DNA from: Chrysomallon squamiferum
Taxonomy: Eukaryota > Animalia > Mollusca
Reading direction: 5' to 3'
NCBI GenBank assembly: GCA_012295275.1
Contig: CM022670.1
Coordinates: forward strand, 31,682,001-31,746,000
DNA: 64,000 nucleotides
The notes under the pieces were generated by a model, which searched no databases, was not told the origin of the DNA, and was given only the letters and a program-made list of their open reading frames with translations. Shown here one piece after another: positions 1-14,643 of this stretch (positions are counted from its first letter, which is position 1; each line of letters starts with the position of its first letter). The position numbers and the translations under genes were made by a program.

Positions 1-269
1 ATAACTTATTGCATCATTTTATACATGTGGGTAAAAATACACCATAAACAGAATGTGACAAATTTGCAATGATTTATTTAATCTGCAAGAGTTGCTTTTT
101 TTCAATATTTATTGTTTATTTAAATATATTTCTATGTTTAGAACCCACTTGCATCAGTTAGCTACAAAAGATCATTTGTTCTTTTAGACAGGAAAATACA
201 AATTTGATAAACTCGTCATAGGACTCTGGCTTATTGCTGCAAAGTTTTGTACTTCAGTAACTTAACCAT

Positions 270-330
<61 letters not shown>

Positions 331-736
331 GTATGTAAGAAAACAAAACAAAATCATTCAAATAAAAAAAAAAAAATAAAAATAATAATTAATTAAAATA
401 AAAGACCGCTAGCTATTCTGGCTTTCTGTTTGACGTAACACGCGCATTTTTGTTTTTATTACCGCACCATTTTGAGGATAATTATCTCTGCCATCTCCAA
501 AAAAAACTGATGTCCATTATGAAACAAAACACCTCTTTTCTACTAAATAAGTGTAGATGCTGATATACGTTTACAGTTTTTCTACTGACACACATCTTGT
601 TTTGTGATTAAGAACGCCTAATCAAAGATAAGTTTATGATTAATCATAACAGTTACAAAGTGCAGAGGTATATGTCAAGATTACATAAATACACCATGAC
701 ACGAATTCGGGTAAATATAAACATAAACACTATAAT

Positions 737-799
<63 letters not shown>

Positions 800-3241
800 T
801 TAGTGAACTTATCAAATACATTTTAATTACATAAGACTACTGTTAATAAATTTATCAGTCATTATAATTATCTGAATGTTAAATATGTATGTATATGTGT
901 GTATGTAATGTCTTAAGTAATATAAAATAGTAGATAAATCAGTTTAAAAAATTTAAATAAATAGATGATTTTTATGTATTTTTTTAATTTTTTTTCTTGT
1001 TGGATTAGAATACTTGTTAACTGTATTGTAATTTCAACACTACAGAATAAAATCTTTGATACGGCATAAGGAAAAAATCACAGGGATGTAAGGGGGTTTA
1101 GTTTAGGACACTGAATATAAACGAATTGCCATTAACTGAGCAACAACGACTTGTTAATAAAACAACTCCAAAACCTCTAAATATATTTAAAATAAATATA
1201 TCTGAATTTAATGCTCCCAAGAATTGTTATCAAATAAAATAACATTTAATAACGCTAGTCTAAGGTAGATAACTCTATAATTCTATAGGGACGTTATTTA
1301 ATAAATGAATATTTATTGAACTGAAATCTAAATGAAACATTTCTATTAAGTTAAACAGTAAATATATAAATAAAAAATGACTGCACTACCTTCATAGACA
1401 TAATCAATCATCTAGATTCTCAATCTATCGCCTTTTAGAGAATACTACGCACCCCCCCATATATGTGTAAAGTAACTTTACAGAAAAATAAATAACAGGA
1501 TATATCGTCGAGTTCCCCCATGAGTAGTTAATCAAAAGCATAGCAGATATTGTTGAGTTTATGAGTAAATCTTACTAATATTAATATCTTACAACCGTTA
1601 TTAAACTGTAGTTAGGACTTGTTAAAAAATATTCATTCATTCTTTTAACGACCGGTTACGACACAGTCTTATACATTACGAGAAACATTTGTCAGTTACA
1701 AATTCTTTATCAGCGAGAATTATGTAGAATATCCTTCAGAAATATTATTTTGTCGAACATCTAAACATTTATGAATTAATTACCATATTCATATCAAAAG
1801 GATGATCCAGCTGACGCAAAAACGCCTCTATTATTTTATAAAGCGATATTATTTTTAAATAATGAAATATATAATTTCTGTAGATAATTTTATCTAATAC
1901 AGATACTGGATCTTATAGATGAAAAAATCGCTGTCAAAATTTGTCAGTATGTCAGCCTATCTGTCTGAATGTCTGTTTGTCTCATTCTCTGTCTGTCTCT
2001 TTGACTTTCTGTGTATCTACCTGTCTGTCTGTCTCTCCATTTATCTGTCTATCTATCTATCTATTCTTCTTTCTTTCTATTTGTGTTTCAGTATATTTCT
2101 TCCTGCATATCTATATTTTATCATAGACTCTTTCTATATATGACTGTATGTATGTATGTGTATTTGTATGTATGCATCTATGTATGTAATACTGTATTTG
2201 CGTTTATATATGTTTTATATATGTATTGTGTGTATGTTATGTGTGTGTGCGCGTGAAACAGATATACTATTTTCATTTTATATACAGGATATACTGACAG
2301 GTGTTTTTGACATGAAACCTTTGTTTAAAATTACTATAAAATGAATGTAATTTTAAAATATGCAGTATATAAATAATAATAAAAAAAGACTAGTACTTTT
2401 TATATTTAACTACGATTAGCCAACCATCATGTTCCAGGTATTTAATTTTCAGCATTCTAAAGACATCCATCCAACATCGAGCCAAGGAAGCAGTATACTA
2501 ATATTATTTGCTAAGTGACCAAGAACGTAATGATCAGATTTTGTTATCACTATCACTGCATCATTTTTACAAATAACAGACTTAATATCTGTACTCACTA
2601 CAACTACCACAACGACTGCTATCTTATTAGTGTAGATGTTTTTTTTTTTTTTTAAATTATTATTAATAATATGTTGATTATCATGAACGTTCTTGTCATA
2701 TGCTGCTGTTACATCTGTAATAAAGCTAAATATTAAATTGTAACTGATAAGTTATAGTTTTTAATGACTCTCCTGATATGCATATTTCACTTAATATTTA
2801 TAATTACAGTTATGACGATAATGAAAAAATATGTAATATCTGGACATCTGTAGTTAAAGGTTTTATTACTTTTTATTATATTGCTTCTAATGTTAATATT
2901 GTTGTACTCTGTGGCAGACAGTTTTAGTATTCGTGTCTTTACTTTTCTAAATTAATCTAACGGTGAATATGTCATATTTTACTTACTGTGGATGATTCGG
3001 ACTTCGTTAATATAAACCGGGTTGCAGGTGTGTCTTCAGTTTTGTGGTGCTTTTTAATTACATATAATTACATAGTTGGGTTGTTTTTTCTTCTGTTTAT
3101 CAGGGTAGGTTATTTCTTAGGAACGCGTGTAATTATAAAATACTTTCTATTTATCTTCCTTCAGATATTGCTCTTTCACGTCGTTCTGTTGTACGCACAC
3201 TGTTGTAACAATAATTATTGTATTTGCTTCAGTATCGACGA

Positions 3242-3837
3242 ATGAGCCAGCCTGACAACACGGAGAGCGCACACAACGAAACTCTGCCTGTGTGGAGAAA
3301 GCTGTGCTTTGCTCTGGGTGGCGTTCCTTTTCAAATGACTAATAACGTTTTGGGGTTTTTCTTTAACATTTTTATGTTGGAAATTGCTCAGGTAGCTAAA
3401 TTTATCTAATATTTAAATAATTTTCTGTACACATGAGTGTGCGTATGTTTCTTTCGATTTATATATATATATATTTATGCGAATGTATTTTTGTTCTATT
3501 TTATAATATGTTTTTATTATCTGTATTATATGAATTGTTTTCTTTTTATGATCTTTCTTTCTTTCTTTTTTCATTAATTCATTCTTTCTTTCCTTTTTTC
3601 TTCTTTATTCTTTTTTCTTTCTTTCTTTCTTTGTGTATGTATGTACATACTTAGTTTACGATGCTGTTTGTTGCAGATTTCACCCATGTATGTGTCTATA
3701 GTTATTTTTTCAAGTAAAGTGTTCGATGCGTTCACGGATCCTACCTGTGGGTACCTGGTGAATCTGACACCGCCTACACGTTACGGAAAACTAAAATTAT
3801 GGGAAGTAAAATTTATTTATTTTATTTTATTTTATTT

Positions 3838-3872
<35 letters not shown>

Positions 3873-5071
3873 TTATTTATTTACTTATTATTTTACAGGA
3901 TACTCTTATCAATGCCGTTTACGTGTGTTGCTTACTACTTTCTGTTTACCGTACCTGATCTGTCAGAAGAAGGCAAAACTGTTTACTTTCTTCTCTTGTT
4001 GTGCCTTTTTCAAGAAGGAATGTCAGTATGTTTTCTTTTTTAACAGATTTCCCTCCTTATTTGGTTTCTTTGCAGTAGATATAATGTATACATGTATGCT
4101 TTTAAATAAATATATATGTATGTGAGTTTATGTCTGTGTGTGTCTGTTTGTGTGTGTGTGTGTGTGAGTGTATAATTTATTTACATATGCAGTTTTGTGT
4201 AAGCAGATATTTGAATTATTACAGCTAAATGCAGAAAGAGTTTGGGTTGGATTCGTCTCGGTGGATAACACTGGTTATTTCCTGTTCCTGCTAGTACTCC
4301 AGTGTAATGGTTTAATAAAGATATATTAACTTCTCATATTCAGATAATATATATACTTTTAATTATTTCAAGAAACACTTTTAAAACCGTTTATTTTATT
4401 CTATATTTTAACTTGATATTCATTATCAGACTCTTGCTAATTTGCATCTTATATATATTTATATATATCTATCTCTACACACACAAACACACACGCACAT
4501 ATACCAGTGTGTGTGTGCGTGCGTATGTGTGTGTTATAACGATGTATAAAGATAATATAATATATTATGAAGTAAATATGTTATGCAATATAAAACGTAT
4601 ATATGTACTTACTGTTTTGTACATGTTTATATGTATATAAGTATATGTATATGTATATACATGCATATGTGAGTGCGTGAGTGTATATGTAATATAATTA
4701 CATATATATATATATTATGTCTATTCTTTTATATTGTATAATATATTTATTGTATAGTGCTATGTTATTTAATTTCAGAGCTTGCACGTTCCGTATACCT
4801 CTTTGACTATGTGTATCAGCTCTAAACAGACAGATCGAGATTCAGCCACGGCTTACAGTAGGTAGTCTAAATAGCTTTTACAGAGATAATAACTGTCATC
4901 TCTGTATGTATGTGTGTCCATGTGTCCCAATGCGTATGGATGTGTGTGTGTGTGTGTGTGTTATGTGTGCTAGCATGTATATGTATATGACTTTATGTGT
5001 AAATGTCTACATATAAACGTTTACATGAAGGTATGTACAGATCCCGAAAATAATAATAATAATAATGTTAA

Positions 5072-5103
<32 letters not shown>

Positions 5104-6156
5104 CTAGTAGTAACAGTAGTAGTAGCAGCAGTAGTTGCAGTAGTAGTAGCAGCAGTAGTTGCAGTAGTAGTAGCAGTAGTAGTAGTAGCAGTAGTAGTAG
5201 TAGTAGTACTGGTAGCACTAGCAGTAGCAGCAGTAGCAGAAATAAAGGTAGTAATAACAATCCTTATAATGTTCGTATAAATGAATACGTATTTAAGTAT
5301 GTTGATTACTGACAGGAATGGTAATGGAAGCAATTGGAGTACTTTTAGCAGTTTTAATCCAAGGCAAATTGGTGGAAGAAAATCGTTTGGCAGGAAAATG
5401 TTCTGGATCGTACGTTCAGTCTCATTCTTTAGATAAACAGGTAAGTTCATTCTAAATTTCAATGATTTACATACTTTTCAGTGAAATTTTGTAAATTTTG
5501 GTACTGTGGTATCAATAACTCATTATAAGATTAACAGTTAAAACAGTCAGACATAATTATACATTTGTAAATATTGATGGAGAAAGTCTTTTCTCTATGC
5601 TTCGGTTACTTTCACTGATTAGCAGAACCTTCCCATACTCAGGAAAGAACCCCGTAACTAAATCGAGGTGACGTCGTTCATGTTGTTGATTCCAGTAAAC
5701 ATAGATAGAGAACTAGTTAATTAATAAATCAGATATATACTGACATCTCAGACAGTCGAATAGAAGAACATACTATGAGTAAATATCGAATAAACTAATA
5801 ATAATGAGAAGAAGAAGAAGAAAAAGAAGAAGATGATGATGAATAAGATGATGATCTTAATTTTTAAAATTTAAAAAATATTTAAATTTAAAAAAAAAAA
5901 AAAAAATTTTTTTTTTTATTTATTTAATAGCGTCATCCCAATTTTCATAATTCCTCTTGTTTTTTCTTTTCTTTTTCAGAAATGGTCGTATCACATAGGT
6001 TCCCTTATTGTCATAGCATTATATGTTGTGTGTATTCTTTTTGTCTTCTTTGGAGTCAAAGAAGATACATGTACGTACATATAGCTTAATTTTGGTATGA
6101 TAAATTTAACAGTTTATATATTTATAAGTACAACATTTTATTAAAATATCTTTGAA

Positions 6157-6195
<39 letters not shown>

Positions 6196-9100
6196 TTCCT
6201 CTCAGTCAATTAACTGATCGATTGTAATAAAATCCATCCATACAGACATACATAAATACATACAAAGATGTAGGCAATAAACAAAATAAATAAATAAAGC
6301 AGCAGATGCACAATCTTTCTTTGACGTACATCATAACGTCAAAGAGCTACGAAAAAGGTTACTCCCACCTTTTGATAATCTGCTGTCGCGTATTTCTTTC
6401 AGATTACGTGCACAGAGTACAAAGTAATTGAAGACATAGGACCTTAACGTTAATTAATCATTATAATCTATCAAAAAAGGGCAGAAAAAAAAAGAAAAAA
6501 AAGAAAGAAAAAGAAGATTAATACAAAAGTGAACAAACGTCATTCATCAAGCCAATCTTCATTCGATTAAACCATTTTTGGGAAATTAGTAAAATTGATG
6601 TAGCTGGTCAAGGAAGGATGAAGCTGTTTTGTATGACTTTCGTACTGGTCATACTAGTTTAAAATATATAGTGAAGAAGGCAGATCCACTTTAATGTTAA
6701 AACTGGTGGATAGTCCTAATTTTCAACCAGTTAGAAAAGAAGTTTTTTTGTTGTTTTTTTCAAATCACAACTGTGATGGAATCATTCCGATTTCGTCCAC
6801 CCTCTTTTTTTTAAATTTTAAAAACAAATTAACTTTTACAACAAATTTTAGGATATGTCTGGATTAAATAATTTGTATTTTATATTTACTGCACTGTTTA
6901 TACATGTAAGTTAAAATAATGATTATTAATAAGATTTTTTTCACTGATTTTAATTATTGCTGTTGTTGTTGCTGTTGCAGTTATTGTTGTTACTGTTGTT
7001 ATTATTATTATTATTATTATTGTTTTTGTTGTTGCGAAAGAAACAGCCTGTCATTGTTCTGTGCTGTGGTAATTGTTAAGCAGTCAATCATTTGTGAACA
7101 CGCCTTTCGTTTCAGTTTTGAAAAAAGACAAAGTATATTCAAACTATTTCAAAGGGTTAAAATCTATATTAACTTACGGACCTTTCGTCAAGGCATCCCT
7201 GACGTTTCTTTTCTACAGTTTAGGAATAAGTGTGAGTACTTCTGTTTCACTGTTTTTATTTCAAAACAACGCGCTTTGTTTTTAACTGAACTACCCGTGA
7301 TATATTTGATATAAATAAAATATATTTTGTAATGACAACAGCGAGCTATATAGTTCATTCATATGCCGATTGAATTTTCTTTTTTACACTCACTTTTGTA
7401 AATTATATCCGATATAACAATGTCTTCATTCTCTTGTTGAGATCTTATATCTGAACGTAGATACTTATATATTTGCAGATGGTTCAGGGAAATATTGCTT
7501 TATACAGCACTCATTCACTTAAGCTGGTTCACTTTTCCAATTATATTCTGCTGGCACTTGTAAGTATGCAATAAGTAAACGTATACCACAGTTCTGGTTT
7601 ATGAATTATCCTAACATTGAAATTTATAATATGTATGTATCAAACATGCAGCGTAATGATGACTGCTATGCGTTTGCCAAAACATAAAACTAACCTAAGT
7701 GCAGTGTACAGATAATTTTAAGAAATACTAAAAAGCCACATATTATCTTGTTTTCATTGTATTAACCACATCCCAGCTTGTTTTATTATATAACATATAA
7801 GTTATAATAACTGATAATATTTAATAATCAAGGCAGAAAAAAGCCCAGTGCGACAACACTGTACATCGTGTTCATAAATCAATAGCCAGTTTTTTCTAAT
7901 TTATCCTTAGAGATATCTATATATAGCAGTATAATTTGTGCTTCATAATACTAGTTAAAGGTTAATATCTTTCGCGGCATCTTCTAATGATTAATGACAG
8001 CCGTGTTTTTGTTCACGCAGTTTATTTGCTTTTAGGTAACATCCGTTTGCAGCATGCCTCTCTGGCAGTATCTTCTTACCAAATTTGGCAAAAAAAAAAT
8101 TTATGCAACTGGAATGATAGTAAGTATCAGATGTATATTATAATTATTATAAAACATATATATTATACGTTTTATTATACGTAGCACGCCTTAAGTATGT
8201 ACGTACGTCATGTGTGTATGTACATATTTATGTGCGTTTGTGTGTATCTTTGTGTCTGTCTCTTTGTTTATATATATATGTATTTACAGTGTTTTTCTTT
8301 GAATGAACTCTGTATTTGTATGATAATGTGGTAATAAAAGCATACATTTCTGAGTATTTGTTTTATTTTTATTACACTTCTGCTTTTTCTTCCTTTTAGA
8401 TACTACTGCTAATACACAACTATTACTACTAACATTACTATTATTATTGTTGTTGTTGTTATTATCATTATTATTATTGTTATTATTATTATTATTATTA
8501 TCATCATCATCATCATCATCATTACTTTGCAGATTTTTCTTCCAGTAAGTCTAGCTCAGACAATACTGCCAGAAGGCATAGACTGTTTGTATTATATTGT
8601 GGCTTTCTTAGTTGGTCTCTCTGTGTCTGTTTCGCTTCTTCTGCCTTGGTAAGTCTTTAGAATCATTGGAGTAATATTTTATTGTGACATTCACACAGAT
8701 ACTTACAAATACATACACACATACAAACACGCATATACACACATACAAAGATAATAAACACACATTAAACACACATACACATATACATGTATACATCTTC
8801 TCACATATGTATATATCTTCACATACATACAACCCATAGTGAAACATTTTAAAACCGGACCCTCACTAACCCGAATTGTTTACCGATATTTATTAAATAT
8901 TAAATGCAAAGCCTCAGTAAATCGAATTCACTTCCAAAACGAACTTTCTACATGATCCCAAAGGTTTTTCAATTTTGAGAAGTTTAATTATATATTTAAC
9001 TCACAAATTACATGCACCGAAGAATACAAACTCCGGGTCGTTTTACTTACATTATTATATAAAGATTACATCGTTAGTGTTGTTTGTAGTATTGCTGTTT

Positions 9101-9601
9101 TTTCGATGACTCTATATTAATTTTATTTTATATTAATTAATCAATAATTAATATAAGTCGTTTAAATTATTACTACTGCTACTACTAGTATTACTTATAT
9201 TGTTATTGTTATTCTTTTCATTGTTGTTGTTTATGTTGTTATTATTATTGTTGTTGTCATTATTAGTAGTATTGTTATTTTTTTTCTTTTGAATATTTTA
9301 GGTCCATTTTGCCAGATATTCTTGACCTTTACCTTGTGGAGCATCAAGAAAGAAAAGATGCTATATTTTATTCATTCTATGTGTTTTTCAACAAACTAGC
9401 CATCGGTCTTGGACTGAGTATATCACAAATTTTACTACAGTAAGTATCGCTATAGTATATAATGCAAATACAAATAAAAATGGCCGTTTTTACGTAATAT
9501 CTCTATCTCTCTCTCGTAAAGAGAAAGGGCATACAAATATTATGACTGATACATAATAACTGGGTTTCGTTTGTTTGTTTGAATTATTTCACTTTATTTG
9601 C

Positions 9602-9663
<62 letters not shown>

Positions 9664-11198
9664 ATTACTGTTCTTGTTGTTATTCGTGTTGTTGTTACTA
9701 TTATTACTCTTGCTACTGTTATTATTCTGCTGTCTGAATTATTGGTACATTCGTTTTTGTTACTTACATTCTTGTTTCTTCTTCTTCTTCTTGCTTATTT
9801 TCTTACTTATTTTTAAAATCATATTAGGTTTGTATACAAAAAATTGTTTTGTGTAGAATTGGGGGTTATAAAACGGGTGCCTGTACTCAACCTAACTCGG
9901 TGTCGTTTACTTTGAGACTGCTAATGACTTGTCCGTCTGTCTTCATGGTGTGTGGACTTATCGCTTTGTCCAGTTACCCCATAGATGAAGCAAAAAGGAA
10001 AGAAATACAACACCTGACAATTAATACAGAGTAAGTATGAGTTAATCTCGTATATATTTTCTTCTCTTTGAAATTACTGAAGAAATCATAAACATTCTGT
10101 CTATGTATATTTGTGTGCATGTGTGTGTTTGTGTCTGTGTGTGTGGGGAGGTGTGTGTATAGATCATACATATCCATACACATACTCATACACATACTCA
10201 TACACATACTCATACACATACTCATACATATACTAAGCACACATACACTCGTATCCATGCACGCGTACACACACATACTCATATTTGTATGTATATTATA
10301 TTTAGTAGAATTCAGTCATTTCAAATGATATCCTAGATTCTATAGTGAAATAGTAAATTTAATAATAAATTCTTTCTAGAAAGAATTACTGTGTATATTT
10401 TTAAATTTTGAATTTTTTGAATACATTATTAAACATATATATACGAGCTAGTTGGCGCAACGAACAACCCGTCATCCTCACTTGTTTGCTTCACGTGTTT
10501 ACCTCGCCGTGGAAGCATCTCTGTTGTGTTGTGCTCACGTTTTGTGCAGTTTTTTGCCAAATTTCCATGGATCCTAAGAAAATGAGTGCAAAGGACAGTA
10601 CTGAGAAGAAGAAGCGGATGATGTCCATTGAATTAACGCATGAAACACAAAAACATGAGTGAGGTGTGCATGTAGTCGACTTTGCTTGGCAGTACGAGCG
10701 TAGTACTTCTGCGATATGTACTATACTGAAGCAGAATCGTCGATAAAGGCTACAACTCCAGCCAAAGACGTTAAAATTATTTCTAAGCTGCGGACTTCTG
10801 TCCCTGAAAAGATGTAGAAATCCAATATATTTCTTTACATTCTCTTTTATTTTGTTTTTATACAATATCTGTCATTTAAAAATATATTTTTCTTATTTTA
10901 AAAGCACATTACAAAAAATTGGGGTGGTTTTTGGGGGGCTGGAACGGATTCATGGTTTTCAATAAATTTCAGTTGGGAAAATTGATTTGATATACGAGCA
11001 AACTGAGATACGAGCTCAGCGACGGAACGAATTAAACTCGTAAGTCAAGGTACCACTGAATATATACTGGTTTTTTGGGTTTTTTTTTTTTAAATTTATA
11101 ATAAATTTTTTTTATGTTTATTTTTAAGTCTAGTAGTGAACTCGGAGGATCCTGCTGGCAGTAATATCGAAGAAACGAAGTTAGACGATGACTTGTGA
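3242..11198 (+). CDS. MFSD2A: MFSD2A/MFSD2B-like sodium-dependent lysophospholipid transporter (MFS_2/MelB family), 13 coding exons, ~491 aa
   Basis: Exons assembled with consistent phases: 3242-3391, 3677-3801, 3899-4025, 4779-4857, 5316-5440, 5980-6070, 7116-7231, 7479-7559, 8036-8119, 8533-8648, 9302-9439, 9857-10030, 11129-11198 (1476 nt). MFSD2 motifs: RKLCFALGGVPFQMT, FDAFTDPTCG, HVPYTSLTM..DRDSATAYRM..E, QGNIALY, PLWQYLLTKFGKK, LLPWSILPD, IFYSFYVFFNKLA, GYKTGACTQP..V..TLRLL, YPIDE. All introns are GT-AG except intron 2 (GG-AG). The A versus B assignment cannot be resolved. Confidence 0.9.
5071..5238. repeat. (AGT/AGC)n trinucleotide microsatellite in MFSD2 intron 4
   Basis: Direct reading; it explains the poly-Ser, poly-Leu, poly-Val and poly-Thr ORFs at 4995-5462. 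Confidence 0.9.
10443..11058 (+). mobile_element. Non-autonomous pogo/Tigger-like (Tc1-mariner superfamily) DNA transposon remnant in the last MFSD2 intron
   Basis: Decayed CENP-B/psq HTH N-terminus (MDPKKMSAKDSTEKKKRMMSIEL, then GVHVVDFAWQYERSTSAICTILKQ after a stop). The right end aaactcgtaagtcaaggtaccactg is the reverse complement of a CAGTGGTACC-type Tigger TIR. A closely similar copy lies at ~46545-47274. Left boundary approximate. Confidence 0.8.
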
Positions 11199-11439
11199 AG
11201 CTGTGTCATCTAATCTGAAACCAAAAAATTATTTATGGTCAAAAATATTTGAGTTTTGAATGTGCATGTGACGCAATATTTTTTTTTTTTTTTTTTTTTC
11301 CAAGGGTATTTATGTATTTATGTATTTATGTATTTATTTGGTTATTAGTTAGATAGTTATTTAGTTAATTGATTAATTAGTTAGTTGATTAGTTTTTAAT
11401 TAGTTTTTAAATTAATTTATTATCGTTATTATTATTATA

Positions 11440-11501
<62 letters not shown>

Positions 11502-12238
11502 TGTTGCTGTTAATTAATTAATTTATTTATTGTTTTAATTTTGGCTAATTTTTAACTTTTTAACATTTGATTAATGACACTATCAAATAAAAAAACTTTG
11601 AAAAGGAAAAATAAATTTCTATTTTTAATAAGTTTAAATATTGTTTCTTATCATTTGTTTTTAAAATAAAGATTTTAAGATAAAGATTTTAAGATATATT
11701 TTATGAAACAGGACGCTAAGATCTTGTTTAAAATCTCCTCAAAATTTAAAAAAATGTCTGTGTGATTGTTAATTTTGTTAATTGTTTGTTTTACATTTAT
11801 TATATGTTAAAAAATATGTGTGATACAATAAAAACTTAAGGTATTTTGGAAAGTTAAAAAGAAAAATATTTATGATTATTATAAGAGTAAAATTGTGTTA
11901 AGATAAACTGAATGTGTTTTATTAGACCCCTGATATTTGATGATATGAAATACACAGAATTTTCAAGTAGCATTTTTGTATTTTTAAAATAAACATGAAA
12001 TAAACATTAAATATATTTAAATCTACCAAAAAAGTGTGTATACATATAAACAAACAATATATACGTAACTACTGTACAATGTATATATATATATGTATAA
12101 AGCTTGAAGATTAAGAACAGGTTTTTTATATATAGACGTCGATACAGCGTATGTATATGCATATCTGTGTAAAAAGAATTTAACAAATTTAACTTAGGGA
12201 TGCATTTGTAATACCGTTATATATATTACACATGCACA

Positions 12239-12293
<55 letters not shown>

Positions 12294-12316
12294 TATGTAT
12301 ATATATATATCTGAGT

Positions 12317-13459
12317 GGTTTATTCCCGATTCTGGCATTCCCGAATATGACAGTGAGATTATAACACATCTTAACTGGACACGCCAATTGTTCCATTTCT
12401 GACATTTTATTTCTCACCCTTACTAATTGGTGTTCCGTCACCTTAATTGATGGCCCATCACTTTAATTGATGTACTTTTGTTAAGCTGTATTTTGTTCAC
12501 AATTTGTAGGACAGTCACTCTTTTCAAGAAATGTTCCAGGAAGCACTCCACCGCAAGCTGACAAGCAGGAAGCCGTGTCCCGGGTACACGTGACGTAGCT
12601 TTCATCCCAATGGCTTTCGCCTTAAGCAAGTTCACCAGTCGTAGATACGTTGACCCTTTCTTGTCCGGTAACAGACAGAACAATTATGGCACACACACAC
12701 ACATGGTTTAGGTGGGAATAAAAGATCTTCGGACAGATCTTGAATATTCCGTCCATTGACGTAGTCTCAGACTCGCAAAGTCTCCTAAAATCAGCACCAG
12801 TACCAAACACGATGATTCTACTCTCCACATGCACGTCATCCACAAGGACATAATCGGATCCCAACTGCGTCTTGGTCCACTCGCCTTCCAGGTGTAAATC
12901 CATGGCTGCCTTTTGAGTTTGCGGGACCTTTTTCGCTCTCTGTCGGTACAAGCTGGATTTGATGCCCTCAAACATACTCAGCTTGGAAGCTATGTCCTGT
13001 GGTGTTGTGTCTCCATACCCGGTCAACAACTTCTTCCTCTCCTCTTCATATATCTTAGGGATACTGGTCAGCTCCTCCCGTGCTCACTTCTGCATGGTGT
13101 TGGTCAGTAGGTGGACAGCAACTTGGCTCTCATCCGAGGAATGGATGTGGTTTTTACCTTGGAATGCATATAATATTGTTAACCCCACATGTCTAAATTG
13201 GTAGTATTTCCTGTCTCTAAATTTTACTGAGATACAACATTAATTTCATGTCTCCAAACATTAATTTTCTTGCAATCTCTATTCTGGCTCACCTCTGCTC
13301 TTCACTGCTCATTAAAGTTAATCTCGTTAATCTCCCCCTCTGTTCTTCATGCCTCTAAATTGGCCTTAATTGCTCACGCCAGTTTTCCCATTTCTGGAAG
13401 CGGATTATAACACCTCACTGATGACATAATCTGGAGAATGCCAGTTTTGGGAACATACC
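12317..13459 (-). mobile_element. Decayed Mutator-like (MULE) DNA transposon with imperfect TIRs and 8-bp TSD
   Basis: Left end ggtttattcccgattctggcattc versus reverse complement of right end ggtatgttcccaaaactggcattc; flanks atctgagt (12309-12316) and acctgagt (13460-13467). Minus-strand fragments RIIVFGT...SMDGIFKICPKIFY and FCLLPDKKGSTYLRL match the MULE transposase DGTFK..P..F and LLPDK..TY motifs; frameshifted. Confidence 0.82.
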
Positions 13460-14110
13460 ACCTGAGTGTGTATGTATATGCATATACTTTTTGTTGTTCT
13501 TTTTAAATTATCATCTCATAATAAAATATATAAAGTAATTACAAAGATAACCATAAATTAAATTTAAAAAAATTCTTTTTCACTGAAGATAGAAAAAAAG
13601 AATTCAACATTCATTATTCTTTTCCTCTCTGTCACACTTCAGTAACGACCAAACATGCAGCTACTTCACAAATGGGTCGGTCTATTGATATACCTCCAAG
13701 CTAACATTTGTACCATTATATATTCTGTGTGTGTGAGTGAAAAAGGTAGAGTCGTGGCTATCCATGCATGAACAATGTTACTCTAGCTACCATTGTACAC
13801 GCCGTTTGATAAGAGTTGTGGAGGTACACGACCTATTTAAGAAACACGAGTAACTGTCTGAAATGTTTTTTTGTACCTGTTAGATATGCCTTTAATGCTG
13901 ATTCACAGAATCTTAATAACCAAACTGAGGTAATACAGGTAAGTTTAATTTGGTTGAGCAGTTCATTATAAATGTTTAGTTTATTAGAAGATAAGGTTAG
14001 CTTTTTGAAATAACGTCACAAAGAAGAAATATACAAGTATTTATTATGCCTATAACAAAAATTATTTTATATAATTATCCCACGATTGGGGACGCGCGCG
14101 CTCACTAACA

Positions 14111-14554
14111 CATTTTAAATTATATTAATGACTGCTGTAAGACTCGTTTGCTAAGTTATAAAACATTAATTGATTTTTTTTCTCTCTGTTACTTAATAAA
14201 TGTTATTAGTGCATGTAAATACCTGAACATTCTACGTACAAGCAGTTACTGCGTACACGTCAAATAAACTCCGTGAGTTTACAGAAATACTCTGGTTTAC
14301 AAATAGTTTTATTGTTAAAATATTTATAATGTGTATCATGTACCAACGTTATTAGAAGTGCTATGGCTTGAGAACACTATCATATTGCATAAAGTAAATA
14401 CTATTAAATTGTACGTGAAGATAATTGCAAACTGAAAAATAATTTGAAAATGGGAATAATCGATATCGATAACACTGATAACCAGAGTTAGTCTACATCT
14501 ATTTTTTATATTTTTTAAATAAGACTGAGATGTAATGATTTGCAATTTAAATAA

Positions 14555-14643
<89 letters not shown>

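Noticed and set aside
1919-2344. Overlapping ORFs rich in S, I, Y, L, C and V
   Set aside because: Translations of TCTA/TCTG/TATG microsatellites; no domain or splice support.
4995-5462. Poly-Ser, Thr, Leu and Val ORFs
   Set aside because: An intronic AGT/AGC repeat read in several frames; the real MFSD2 exon is 5316-5440.
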